A stretch of 64,000 nt of DNA from Patescibacteria group bacterium (GTDB lineage Bacteria > Patescibacteriota > Patescibacteriia > UBA9570), in contig JBAYIY010000001.1 of assembly GCA_041665365.1 (NCBI GenBank), positions 104,720-168,719 on the forward strand, read 5' to 3'. This document shows positions 9,313 through 19,122 of this stretch, one piece after another (the stretch's first letter is position 1; each line of letters begins with the position of its first letter). The position numbers and the translations under genes were made by a program. The notes under the pieces were generated by a model that did no database searches, was not told where the DNA came from, and saw only the letters and a list, made by a program, of their open reading frames with translations.

Positions 9313-10326
9313 TTATTCAATCACAATCATCTTTGGTTGACCAGTGGCCATATTGGTTTCTGGAATAGTTAAATCATGAATCGCTGGTATTAAGATGTTT
9401 TCAGGAATATGATATTGTTCCCCATATCGCGTACCCGGATCATGCACAATAAAGTCACTCCCTTCATAACCAACCACCAAAAGCATGTGATAATACGGGC
9501 CGCCATTACGGTAGTGTGGGTTGTGTAAAGCCTGACCAAACACCGGCACAATAACTGGCTTCTTTTGAGCAATTGCAACGCGAATAGTAGTGGCACTAAC
9601 ATCAGTGGAAACTTCAGCCTGCAAATTATAGAACTCACGTGCGGTTCGAGCGGTTTCATCAGCCGAAGTATCTTCATGGTGTCCATAAGTTTTCATCTCC
9701 CACGCCACTATCGAGCTAATGTCATTATTGGCTTCGTCGGCAGACAAACTAGTACCATCTGCCCAGTTGTGTAACATAACCAAAATAGCTTCCTCGCAGG
9801 CTTCATTATAAGGTGAACTCCAATCCCCAAACGGCGCCTGAGCGGTAAAGGGTACATCAATAAATGCTGAAACAGCGGTGTCATTAAACTGATCAACTTC
9901 ATTTAACAAAATCTGGTATAAATTATCATCCGTAATACCCACCCCTAGACGACTCATAATTTTATAAGCATCGGCTGGGCGACCTAAATAATAGCGTCGA
10001 TTGTTAGCTGGGTTTACATACCAAGCCTCACCATGATTTTCTACTTGCAATAAAATGCGCCCACGCACCCGCTCCAGCAGTGCAGCATCTGCATCCCAAT
10101 TTGTGCCGGCTTGTGGTATGTCTGCCAACTGTTCATTAGTAATACCCAATCCTAAATAGCGCATGATAGCAAAAGCATCGTCCGGTCTACCTAAATAATA
10201 CCGACGTTGATCAACTGGATTCACGTACCAAGCCTCACCATGTTGCTCAACCTGCAAAACAATGTGGCCACTCACGCGGCTGGACACCGTACTGGCCAAA
10301 CTAATTTTAGGCAGCACCAAAAACAT
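9313..10326 (-). CDS. Secreted C39-like peptidase with two N-terminal VExHGEAWYVNP repeats
   Basis: VPFTAQAP, ACEEA, YHMLLVVGY, HDPG; start uncertain (ORF track extends to 10437). Confidence 0.8.
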   Translation of the reverse strand: MFLVLPKISLASTVSSRVSGHIVLQVEQHGEAWYVNPVDQRRYYLGRPDDAFAIMRYLGLGITNEQLADIPQAGTNWDADAALLERVRGRILLQVENHGEAWYVNPANNRRYYLGRPADAYKIMSRLGVGITDDNLYQILLNEVDQFNDTAVSAFIDVPFTAQAPFGDWSSPYNEACEEAILVMLHNWADGTSLSADEANNDISSIVAWEMKTYGHHEDTSADETARTAREFYNLQAEVSTDVSATTIRVAIAQKKPVIVPVFGQALHNPHYRNGGPYYHMLLVVGYEGSDFIVHDPGTRYGEQYHIPENILIPAIHDLTIPETNMATGQPKMIVIE

Positions 10327-10363
10327 TATTCCTAAAAAAATAATGTTTACAATAATACTGTGT

Positions 10364-11167
10364 TTATAAATCGGCGTAGACACCACCGGAAATTTTAATG
10401 CGACCAAAAGCAAGAAATACCCAACTGACCGCAGCATAAAATAAGAAATGACTCAGATACATAATCTGATAGATCGGCAAACCAAAAGTTTCTTCGAGTA
10501 AATCATAAAAAATATATGGTACGGTGGATAACATTATCAAACTGATCGCAACCAATAAGAACCTAGTGAAACCGGTAGAAATAGCCACGTATTTGCCAAT
10601 GCGCTTAACTTTCATTAGTGTCATTAAACCAAATGCAAACACTAATAAAGTATAAATATACGGCGTTGGCTCATCTAACTCTAACGATATTAAATCTGTT
10701 TTTGTCGTAAACACAAATATTAAAACAACAAAAGTAACAATTAATCCAATGAGAACTCTGATTTGCATCGCTGATCGACTATCATGCACTTTTAAAAAAG
10801 CCTCCGCGCCAATGGCTATCAACAACAAACTTATCAAATAAAAATTGACTGTATTCACCAACACATGATCAGAATAGTTAACAAACGCACCCATACTCAT
10901 GCTGAAATATTCCACAATATGCGATATGGTGAAAACAAATAAAGCCGCTAAACTGGCTTGAAAAAATTTTTCTAGAATTGGATCGTAAGAATAATACCGC
11001 ACAAAAATTCTGACAATCGCTAAGGCAATAAAGAAAACAGCGATCATATGAATGATACCAAATTGAAAGAATAATTGTCCGGTAAATTCTGTTATGGCGA
11101 TAATGGCTAAGTTAACAAAAAACAACACCACTGGACTAAATATTTTTTCGGTTTTGATTTTATCCAT
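10364..11167 (-). CDS. Multi-pass membrane protein
   Basis: About 7-8 hydrophobic segments. Confidence 0.7.
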   Translation of the reverse strand: MDKIKTEKIFSPVVLFFVNLAIIAITEFTGQLFFQFGIIHMIAVFFIALAIVRIFVRYYSYDPILEKFFQASLAALFVFTISHIVEYFSMSMGAFVNYSDHVLVNTVNFYLISLLLIAIGAEAFLKVHDSRSAMQIRVLIGLIVTFVVLIFVFTTKTDLISLELDEPTPYIYTLLVFAFGLMTLMKVKRIGKYVAISTGFTRFLLVAISLIMLSTVPYIFYDLLEETFGLPIYQIMYLSHFLFYAAVSWVFLAFGRIKISGGVYADL

Positions 11168-11257
11168 AAGTACAGATTAATTTTTTTATAAATAGATAAT
11201 GTAATAAGTATACTACATTTTACCAAAATTGCTATCTGACAACTGGAATTATGACCC

Positions 11258-11815
11258 TTATAATTCTTTCTTAATGGCCTCTAATAACAAAACAAATTTA
11301 TTGTAACCAGCGGCGTCATTAAAATGACCGGCGTTTTTGACTAGTGTAACAGTAACACCCAACTCAGTGGATAATTTATTAGCGGCATTGATCGGCACAT
11401 AGGGATCATTATCCGAGTAGAATAAATAGAATTTTGGACAATTTTGTTTTATGTTTGGCCAAATAAAACTTCTGTCGACAAAAGTCTTATTGATCTCATC
11501 AAACGCTGGGTTGTCCAATAAACTAATAAAGCCAGCCACGAAAAAAGCTGCTTTGATTGGTTGGTTAATCCTTTCCAAAACATCTAACAAAAAAGCCACG
11601 CCTAGACTATGCCCAATCACTATAGAGTTCTGATCTAATAATTTTTCGTATTCACTAAAAACATCTTTCCAACTAGCCAGAGTTTGGTTATCTGGTGTCG
11701 GAAATTTCGGCACATAAACTGTATTACCTAATGTCTCTAATTCACTCTTCAACCAAGGCAACCAATTTTCTTTTGGTTGTCCAAAGGCACCGTGGATAAT
11801 AAATATGTTGGACAT
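11258..11815 (-). CDS. RBBP9/YdeN-family alpha/beta hydrolase
   Basis: IIHGA, GHSLG, SDNDPYV, NAGHF. Confidence 0.88.
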   Translation of the reverse strand: MSNIFIIHGAFGQPKENWLPWLKSELETLGNTVYVPKFPTPDNQTLASWKDVFSEYEKLLDQNSIVIGHSLGVAFLLDVLERINQPIKAAFFVAGFISLLDNPAFDEINKTFVDRSFIWPNIKQNCPKFYLFYSDNDPYVPINAANKLSTELGVTVTLVKNAGHFNDAAGYNKFVLLLEAIKKEL

Positions 11816-11822
11816 AATTTTG

Positions 11823-11895
11823 TCGGGGTAGCCAGACTTGAACTGACGACCTCACGCACCCCATGCGTGCGCGCTACCAACTGCGCCATACCCCG
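11823..11895 (-). tRNA. tRNA-Pro(GGG)
   Basis: Cloverleaf CGGGGUA...UACCCCGA; anticodon arm CACGC-AUGGGGU-GCGUG. Confidence 0.93.
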
Positions 11896-12339
11896 TTATA
11901 TTAACACTGCCAAATCGTTCAACACTTGTTCTACATGCTCAGCCGGTTTGACGTGCTCATAGATTTTAGCAATTTTACCAGCCGGGTCAACTAAAAACGA
12001 ACTCCGTTTGGTGCCGAGTAAACTAGTTACACCATAGGCTTTAACCATGTCTTTCTTTTCATCAGACAGTAATGTAAAAGGTAAACCGTACTTATCAACA
12101 AATTTTTTATGGCTAGCCACGGAATCAGTACTGATACCAACCACGATAGCATCAACATTTTTAAACTTTGGTAAGTTATCCCGAAATGAGCAGGCCTCTT
12201 TAGTACAACCAGGGGTATCATCTTGTGGATAAAAATAAACCAGCACCCACTGCCCGGCCCAATCGGCTAAGGCATGCAGCGCACCGGTATAATCTGGTAA
12301 ATTAAACTCCGGGGCTTTATCCCCAATCTTGAGTGTCAT
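11896..12339 (-). CDS. bcp: Peroxiredoxin Bcp/PrxQ
   Basis: YFYPQDDTPGCTKEAC. Confidence 0.92.
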   Translation of the reverse strand: MTLKIGDKAPEFNLPDYTGALHALADWAGQWVLVYFYPQDDTPGCTKEACSFRDNLPKFKNVDAIVVGISTDSVASHKKFVDKYGLPFTLLSDEKKDMVKAYGVTSLLGTKRSSFLVDPAGKIAKIYEHVKPAEHVEQVLNDLAVLI

Positions 12340-12679
12340 TGTCTTCTTCGTTATTGTTGGTCACTCCGGCCACGGTGGCAATGTCGGCATCTTGAAACAA
12401 CACATGTTCTTGCTCGAATAACTTATTTAAACCGGTCACATCTTTTTCGGCTAACATTTTTTTCTGTAGTTTTACACCAGCCACCACGGCGCGGATTTTT
12501 TGGGGGTGATCCAAGAAATAATCCATGGCCGCCTCCCGTTTGGTATCAGGCACAATATCCAGCACTTTAAAAAAAATATCCTGATCACGTCTGGTCAGAC
12601 CATCAAATGGATCAGCAATCGAAGCTTCTGCGTCTTCTGAAAAGCTATCGTCTAACCATGTTTCTTCAAAGTCCCCCAT
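12317..12679 (-). CDS. Acidic hypothetical protein
   Basis: ORF in same-strand gene run. Confidence 0.55.
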   Translation of the reverse strand: MGDFEETWLDDSFSEDAEASIADPFDGLTRRDQDIFFKVLDIVPDTKREAAMDYFLDHPQKIRAVVAGVKLQKKMLAEKDVTGLNKLFEQEHVLFQDADIATVAGVTNNNEEDNDTQDWG

Positions 12680-12687
12680 AAACTTTA

Positions 12688-12888
12688 TTAAGCAGCTTGT
12701 TGTCTAACCCTAAATCTTTCTAAAAACTGATCTTCTAAAGATATATTATTATTAGCAGCATCGTCGTCAAATAACTGAACGGCACCTTCAAGAACTTCCC
12801 CTAAATTATTAGAGGCCAAACGTTTCTCTGCTGCTATTTTCACTCGTTCCTCGAGTGATACTATATTACCGCGTTCTAAGTTCTTCAT
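12688..12888 (-). CDS. Small hypothetical protein
   Basis: ORF, probable start MKNLERG. Confidence 0.4.
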   Translation of the reverse strand: MKNLERGNIVSLEERVKIAAEKRLASNNLGEVLEGAVQLFDDDAANNNISLEDQFLERFRVRQQAA

Positions 12889-12978
12889 AAAATAGATAGA
12901 TTGAATAATGTTTACTAACAAGACTTATCAGAAAAAAACGATTTTGTCAAGAGCCTGTGATTAGTATATCATATCGAC

Positions 12979-14202
12979 ATGATTTGTCGACAATGCCAGC
13001 AGCCATTTACAGTGTTTCCGGATGAAACAGAGCTTCATCAGAGTTTTGGTCTACCAGCACCAACCTTGTGCCCGGTTTGCCGTTTACAAGGCAGATTAGC
13101 GTTTCGTAATGAACGTTCGTTATATAATCGCACATGTGACCTGTGTCATCAACCCATTGTGTCAATTCATAAGGGAACAGCCCCTTACCCAGTATATTGC
13201 CAACCCTGTTGGTGGAGTGACCAATACGATGCTATGGCATCGGGCCAACCATTTGATTTTTCTAAAACATTTACGGAGCAATTTAAACAATTACAACTGG
13301 CTGTCCCACACGCTGCCCTCTACCAAACTAATGCCACTAATAGTACTTATAATAATTACGTCTTGAATATCTCTGATTGTTACCTGTTATTCGGTGGCGG
13401 TAATAACGAACACTGTTTATATGGCAAATATATTATTGATTGTAAAGATGTGCTGGATGTCTATTCCAGTATCCAAAATGAACTAGGTTACGAATTAGTT
13501 GGCTCTGATCATTGTTATAATTGCCGGTATGCGGATTTTAGCCGTAACTGTCGTGATTGTGCGTTTATTGCCGAGTGCCTTGCCTGTAGTGATTGCATCA
13601 TGTGTTACGGTTTACAACATAAACAATATTATTACCAAAATAAATATGTCGGCCCGGAAAAGTTTGCCGTGTTGAAAGACCAATATGATCATCTCACCGC
13701 GGCGGGTTGGGAAAATGCTGTCCAAGAATTTAAAGACTTTAGAAAAACCTTTCCGCAACGCGCCAGTCATATCTATGCCAGTGAAGATTGTACCGGTGAT
13801 TTAATTTCGAATAGTGTGGATTGTCACGAATGTTTCGATATTAAAGAATCTGAACATTGCCGCTATGTCTCGTATATTCCCTTGGCCAAGGATAGTGTAG
13901 ATTGTACGTTTGGTGCGCCGTATGGTGTCGAACACTGTTATAATTTATGTTCCGCCACCGGCAATAAAAATTGTCATAATGCTTTTTTAATCTGGAACAG
14001 TTACGACGTAGCTTACTCAACCGAGTGTCATCTCAGTCATGATTTATTTGGCTGCGCCGGTTTACGCAAGCAACAATACTGTATTTTAAATAAACAATAT
14101 AATCCTGCAGAGTATCAAGCATTAAAAGAAAAAATTATTACCCATATGACAACCACCGGCGAATGGGGTGAATATCTATCTCCAGAATATGTTACATTGT
14201 AA
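12979..14202 (+). CDS. CPR-type Cys-rich Zn-binding protein, N-terminal part
   Basis: CxxC clusters, FRNERSLY, YCQPCWWSD, LFGCAGL...QYCILNKQY, GEWGE. Confidence 0.75.
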   Translation: MICRQCQQPFTVFPDETELHQSFGLPAPTLCPVCRLQGRLAFRNERSLYNRTCDLCHQPIVSIHKGTAPYPVYCQPCWWSDQYDAMASGQPFDFSKTFTEQFKQLQLAVPHAALYQTNATNSTYNNYVLNISDCYLLFGGGNNEHCLYGKYIIDCKDVLDVYSSIQNELGYELVGSDHCYNCRYADFSRNCRDCAFIAECLACSDCIMCYGLQHKQYYYQNKYVGPEKFAVLKDQYDHLTAAGWENAVQEFKDFRKTFPQRASHIYASEDCTGDLISNSVDCHECFDIKESEHCRYVSYIPLAKDSVDCTFGAPYGVEHCYNLCSATGNKNCHNAFLIWNSYDVAYSTECHLSHDLFGCAGLRKQQYCILNKQYNPAEYQALKEKIITHMTTTGEWGEYLSPEYVTL

Positions 14203-14443
14203 ACGCTGTCAGGCATCTTTTAAGATTATTCCAGACGAACAGGCTTTGTATAAACAATTACACGTGCCTGAACCGGTGATGTGTTTTAATTGTCGTCATG
14301 CTGATAGAACTACTCGGCGGAGACCTTACCAATTACGTTCAATTCAGTGTAGTAAATGTCAAAAACCAATCATGACCAACTCTCCTCGAGACATGGGTAA
14401 TGTGATATACTGTGAGCAGTGTTTTATTGAGTCATTAATTTAA
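14189..14443 (+). CDS. Zn-binding protein matching the C-terminal part of the same Cys-rich family
   Basis: MLHCKRCQASFKIIPDE...CFNCRH...CSKC...YCEQCF; overlaps upstream ORF. Confidence 0.65.
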   Translation: MLHCKRCQASFKIIPDEQALYKQLHVPEPVMCFNCRHADRTTRRRPYQLRSIQCSKCQKPIMTNSPRDMGNVIYCEQCFIESLI

Positions 14444-14469
14444 TAAATTAAATAAATAAAAAAAACTTT

Positions 14470-16674
14470 ATGTTGACACGTACTCTAATTTGCCTCTTAT
14501 TGCTACTGCCCAGTTTAAGTTTGGCCGAAACCATTAATCAAACTACGGCTCGGGCGACTAACTTAGGTATTTTTGGAGGAGAAGTGCGCGATGTAGCAAT
14601 TGATACCACTAACAATGTTTGGTATATCACCACCTACTCACCAACTGGTTTTTTCCATTCCAGTGATAATGGTGCTACCTGGCTTGGTTTAGATAGTACC
14701 ACAAATAATTTAGGTCAACCCAGTGGTGTAGACATTGATGCCGACGGCAACGTGTTTACTATAATGGGTGGAAATCTTTATGAGAGTACTGACCATGGTA
14801 TAACTGTCACAGAAATAGGCGATTTTAATGGTTACGCCAATTTGGTGCATTATGCTGATGGGATATTATATGTCGGCCGACAAGATGGTAATATTTCTAT
14901 CAGTACAAATGGTGGTAATAGCTTTTCAGATGTCTTAGTTGATCGCACCGATCAATATCCCGTCTCACTGGCTACCTCCTCAACTAGTAACATTGTTTAT
15001 GTGGTAATGGAAGATGGCAATAATTCAGTCTTGTACGTATCAAGTAACGGCGGACACACCTGGGCAGTAGCCAATACCGATGATGTCGCTGAGCGCTATG
15101 TGGTTATCGCCGTTGATCCGACTGATGAAACCCACTTGATTCTGACGAGCCATGATGAATCGGCCAGTAATTGGCAGAGTTATAACGCCGGGGCAACTTG
15201 GGATCCTATCGTTGGAGTGAATTACACAAAAACTGTCACCTTTGATAGTACCGACCGCATTTATATGGGTGTGTCATACTCTGATGATAATGGTGTCACT
15301 TGGCAAAGTATCACCGATACTACACCTAGTAGTCGTGTGAACCAATCGGTTTGGGTAGATACTAGTAACAATAATAATCTATTTGGTGCCAGTTTTGCTG
15401 CACTGGCTGTCAGCACTGATCGTGGAGTTACTTGGACAGATAGTAATAATGGCATTACTGCAGTTACTGTAAAAGATCTGGCGCAATCGACGGATAAAAA
15501 TACCGTTTGGGCGGCGACTAATTCTGGTCTGGCGAAAACGACTGACTTTTTGTCCGCTAGCCCCACCTGGGAATTCCCGATTTTTTATGATTCATTTCCG
15601 GAATCGGTTTGGTTAGATGCGGCCAATTCCGATCATGTTGTAGTGGGTGGTATGGGTGCGATGTATGTGTCGACTGATGGGGGTGATAATTGGACAACCG
15701 CCACGGGTTGGGATAGTAATCTCACGGCTTACCAAATAGCCAGCGCTGTAGGTGAATCTAATACACTGTATGCCGCTGCCGCTGTGCAATCGCTTGAAGC
15801 CACCAGGACGGGTGAGGTGTTTAGTAGTACCGACGGCGGTGCTACTTGGACATCGTTAAGCATTCCAGGTGATGCCGCTGTCCAAAGTTTGGCTGTTACC
15901 ACCACTGGTGAAGTGTATGTTGGTGCCGGCATTATCGGTATCTCTGGAGCGGGTGCCACGGGCATTTATAATTATGATGGCACTTGGCACTATTTAGATA
16001 ACAGTCCAACTGAAGAAATCACGAGCATAATTGTTGATCGAAGTGATGATAATACTCTCTATGCGACCGCCAGCGATTTTAGCAGCACCCAAACGAGTGC
16101 TGGCGGTGTTTATAAAACTACCGATAGTGGTAATAGTTGGACACAACTGACCAGTGGTTTAGAAAATGCCTCACAGTATCGCGTAATTTCACAACAGATT
16201 AGTACTAACACCTTATATGTTTCCGGCACTGATACGGCGAATAATTCTGGAGCGTTGTGGAAATCAACCGATGGCGGAAATACTTGGGGTGAATATTATG
16301 TTGGTTTGAAAGATGAGGATTTTAATTGTTTGTTATTCGATGGTTTAATGACCGGTAATAGTCGTGGTGCCTACAACCTTAAAGGTAAGGCGAAACTGAA
16401 AATTACTGTTACCAATACTACGCTCTCATCAACTTTAAAAGATGCGGCTACCCACAAAAAATTAAAACACAAAAAAGTGACCCTTTGGAAAAAACACAAC
16501 GACTCTTGGACAAAGATTGGCACGACTACTAGTAACAACAAAGCCAAGGTTCATTTCACAGTACATCCACGGAAAAAAACCACGTATCGTTTACAATACA
16601 AACCAACCGGTCAAGCGGCCGAAGAATATACTAAGTCTTACTCAAAAACGTTGACGTTGACGGTGCCCAACTGA
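14470..16674 (+). CDS. Secreted BNR/Asp-box beta-propeller protein (Ycf48/VPS10-like)
   Basis: Signal peptide; many SxDxGxTW repeats; basic C-terminal Ig-like tail. Confidence 0.82.
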   Translation: MLTRTLICLLLLLPSLSLAETINQTTARATNLGIFGGEVRDVAIDTTNNVWYITTYSPTGFFHSSDNGATWLGLDSTTNNLGQPSGVDIDADGNVFTIMGGNLYESTDHGITVTEIGDFNGYANLVHYADGILYVGRQDGNISISTNGGNSFSDVLVDRTDQYPVSLATSSTSNIVYVVMEDGNNSVLYVSSNGGHTWAVANTDDVAERYVVIAVDPTDETHLILTSHDESASNWQSYNAGATWDPIVGVNYTKTVTFDSTDRIYMGVSYSDDNGVTWQSITDTTPSSRVNQSVWVDTSNNNNLFGASFAALAVSTDRGVTWTDSNNGITAVTVKDLAQSTDKNTVWAATNSGLAKTTDFLSASPTWEFPIFYDSFPESVWLDAANSDHVVVGGMGAMYVSTDGGDNWTTATGWDSNLTAYQIASAVGESNTLYAAAAVQSLEATRTGEVFSSTDGGATWTSLSIPGDAAVQSLAVTTTGEVYVGAGIIGISGAGATGIYNYDGTWHYLDNSPTEEITSIIVDRSDDNTLYATASDFSSTQTSAGGVYKTTDSGNSWTQLTSGLENASQYRVISQQISTNTLYVSGTDTANNSGALWKSTDGGNTWGEYYVGLKDEDFNCLLFDGLMTGNSRGAYNLKGKAKLKITVTNTTLSSTLKDAATHKKLKHKKVTLWKKHNDSWTKIGTTTSNNKAKVHFTVHPRKKTTYRLQYKPTGQAAEEYTKSYSKTLTLTVPN

Positions 16675-17913
16675 ACCGCCGGAACGACGGCCACTGAAAC
16701 CACCTCTACGTCCACCAAAAGATCGTCCACCGAAAGATTTTCGGCCGGCTGGGTGACTGCTGGCAGCGGGTAGATCAATTGTTTCGATTGATGTCATTTT
16801 GCGCTGAGTCATTGGTTTAGTCGTGAAACGTTGAATTCTACGAAACAAATCAGACTGATCAATTGCCACTAATGATATTGCTTTACCCATTCGACCCGCT
16901 CGACCAACTCGACCAATGCGATGAACATAATCTTCAGCCTGTTCAGGTAAATCATAGTTAATTACCACATCTAAGTGGGCAATATCAATACCACGACCAG
17001 CGATGTCGGTAGCTACTAATATTTTGGAACGTTTGCTTTGTAAGGCCGCTAAGGCTTGTTTACGTTGAAACAATGAGCGATTGGAATGTAATTCTTCGGC
17101 GCGCCAACCTTTTTCCCGTAATACTTGAGTTAAACGTTTGGCGCCATGTTTTGTGCGTGTAAAAATTAGAGCTGTGGTATTTTTATCAGCAATTAATTCA
17201 AAAATCGCTGTATTTTTTTGGCCAGTTCCAACCACCACAAATTCCTGCTCAATATTTTCGGCGGTTGTGCCACTCGGTGCCACTTCAATCGATACCGGTG
17301 TACGCATCGATTGCGTCACTAAACTGCGAATACTGCTGGGCATAGTAGCGGAAAACAATAAAGTTTGACGCTGCGCGGGCGGTACGACATGTTTTAAGAT
17401 ATCTTTAATTTGAGGAGCGAAACCCATATCAAACATGCGGTCTGCTTCATCTAAAATTAAGGTATTGACCGCTTGTAAATTAACAGTACGTTGGCGTAAA
17501 TGATCCAATAAGCGACCGGGTGTAGCAATTATGCAACGCGGTCGTCGTTTCAAAGCCGAAATTTGTGCCCCCATCCCCGCTCCACCAATTACCACGGCAT
17601 AAGGTAAACGCAAATCGCGCTCAAACCATTGCCATACGTCGGCGACCTGCTGAGCTAATTCACGCGTTGGGACTAAAATTAAAGCCTGTCCTGGATTCTG
17701 AGCCAATTTCATTACGGTTGGTAAGACAAACACTAGTGTTTTACCGGTGCCGGTCTGGGCTAAACCAATCACATCGTGTCCTTGCAAAACCGGCGGTAAC
17801 GCCTGATGTTGAATGGGTGTGGGGATATTAATATGGCGTTGTTGCAACAACCGCAGAACGGCTGGAGCAATGCCAAGATCAGCAAAAGTTGCTGGTGTCG
17901 CAGTGGTACTCAT
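16642..17913 (-). CDS. DEAD-box RNA helicase (RhlE-like)
   Basis: AQTGTGKT, PTRELA, DEAD, SAT, HRIGRVGR; RGG-rich tail. Confidence 0.95.
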   Translation of the reverse strand: MSTTATPATFADLGIAPAVLRLLQQRHINIPTPIQHQALPPVLQGHDVIGLAQTGTGKTLVFVLPTVMKLAQNPGQALILVPTRELAQQVADVWQWFERDLRLPYAVVIGGAGMGAQISALKRRPRCIIATPGRLLDHLRQRTVNLQAVNTLILDEADRMFDMGFAPQIKDILKHVVPPAQRQTLLFSATMPSSIRSLVTQSMRTPVSIEVAPSGTTAENIEQEFVVVGTGQKNTAIFELIADKNTTALIFTRTKHGAKRLTQVLREKGWRAEELHSNRSLFQRKQALAALQSKRSKILVATDIAGRGIDIAHLDVVINYDLPEQAEDYVHRIGRVGRAGRMGKAISLVAIDQSDLFRRIQRFTTKPMTQRKMTSIETIDLPAASSHPAGRKSFGGRSFGGRRGGFSGRRSGGSVGHRQRQRF

Positions 17914-17992
17914 AGAATGTGTATAATGTTAACCGATACTCCGGAACATTTCCACAAACCAGAGAACCGATACGAATAAATAAAACGTGATG

Positions 17993-18021
17993 AGTATATA
18001 GGAACCGGCGGTTCCTGTCAA
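17993..18021 (-). promoter_or_regulatory. Sigma70 promoter of the DEAD-box helicase with palindromic spacer
   Basis: TTGACA-17 nt-TATACT; spacer is the dyad AGGAACC-n3-GGTTCCT. Confidence 0.7.
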
Positions 18022-18052
18022 GAACACACCCCGTTGATTAATATATATTCAT

Positions 18053-18292
18053 TCAAAAATAATTTTTCGGGTTGTCAATAATATATTTCCTTATATTGCA
18101 TAATTCATGTTCAGTACGAATAATATGATCATGATACCGCGGTTGCCATTGAAAACTATAACCGGATGACCAAATACGTTTGGTACAGATCGATTTGAAT
18201 TGGTTGATGATGGAACCAAGTGAATTGGGTAATAAACGCGGTTTGTGCGTTGAAACAACCCGTGTAGAGACGTCCCGCCGGGACGTCTCTAC
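18053..18292 (-). pseudogene. C-terminal remnant of REP-associated tyrosine transposase (RAYT/Y1)
   Basis: Manual translation: ...SLGSIINQFKSICTKRI...WQPRYHDHIIR...YIIDNP; no start codon and no HUH half. Confidence 0.85.
18264..18292. repeat. GTAG-type REP palindrome
   Basis: GTAGAGACGTCCC-gcc-GGGACGTCTCTAC. Confidence 0.88.
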
Positions 18293-18684
18293 GAAAAATA
18301 CTCTTTCATTGGTGCGAAATAATGTTCTTCCCAGCCTTCCCGATATGACGCTTCCTGATTTTTTGGTGTGCCGACATGCTTGAGTTTTAAACTGGTACCA
18401 GTTTTGGTGGCTTTTAATTCAATCGTCAGAATTGAATCTGGATCAGCGTCAGAAAATTCGGTTGTTCTCCAGGTTTGCACAATCTTTTTTCCAGGCACTA
18501 ATTCCAGGTTTTTCCCCGAAATATATCCATCCCAAGCCGTAAATTTTTCACCAACTTTTTTTGAGGCGGTGGCTTGACCGCCGGTCATGGCACCGTGTTT
18601 TTCCCCGTCCAACCAGGCTGTGTAAACCGCTGTTGAACTAGCGGGTAATTTTGTTGTGAGTTTTATCATAACCGTAGTATACAT
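18289..18684 (-). CDS. SRPBCC/AHSA1 domain protein
   Basis: VYTAWLD, FTAWDGYISG, VQTWR, GWEEHYF. Confidence 0.85.
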   Translation of the reverse strand: MYTTVMIKLTTKLPASSTAVYTAWLDGEKHGAMTGGQATASKKVGEKFTAWDGYISGKNLELVPGKKIVQTWRTTEFSDADPDSILTIELKATKTGTSLKLKHVGTPKNQEASYREGWEEHYFAPMKEYFS

Positions 18685-18713
18685 AATAAAAGAAAAATGT
18701 TATAGTACGCGTA

Positions 18714-19091
18714 ATGTCTGAACAAAAATTGATACTAATAGCCGAAGATGAACCAGCTCTAGCCAGAGCCATGCAACTCAAATTAGAGCGCAGTGGTTTC
18801 GCTGTGGAGGTCGCGAGCGATGGTGAAGTTGTACTGGAAAAATATGTCCCGGGTAAATATGACTTAATCTTATTAGATTTAATGATGCCAAAGAAAAACG
18901 GTTTTGACGTTTTAACCGCTTTGCAGAAATTAAAAAATACCACACCAATTATTGTCAGTTCTAACCTTAATCAAGCGGAAGATGTATCTCGTACCAAAGA
19001 ACTAGGTGCCGTGGATTACTTAGTAAAATCTGAAATTCCCATCTCAGAAATTATCACTAAAATAAAAAGTCGCCTGACACCTACTACTTAG
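18714..19091 (+). CDS. Single-domain response regulator
   Basis: AEDE, LLDLMMP, SN, YLVKS. Confidence 0.9.
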   Translation: MSEQKLILIAEDEPALARAMQLKLERSGFAVEVASDGEVVLEKYVPGKYDLILLDLMMPKKNGFDVLTALQKLKNTTPIIVSSNLNQAEDVSRTKELGAVDYLVKSEIPISEIITKIKSRLTPTT

Positions 19092-19122
19092 CCACTCAGA
19101 TAAAAATAATAAACAAAAAAAT

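Noticed and set aside
18180-18383. 67-aa plus-strand ORF
   Set aside because: It is antisense to the RAYT remnant and SRPBCC gene and spans a REP palindrome.
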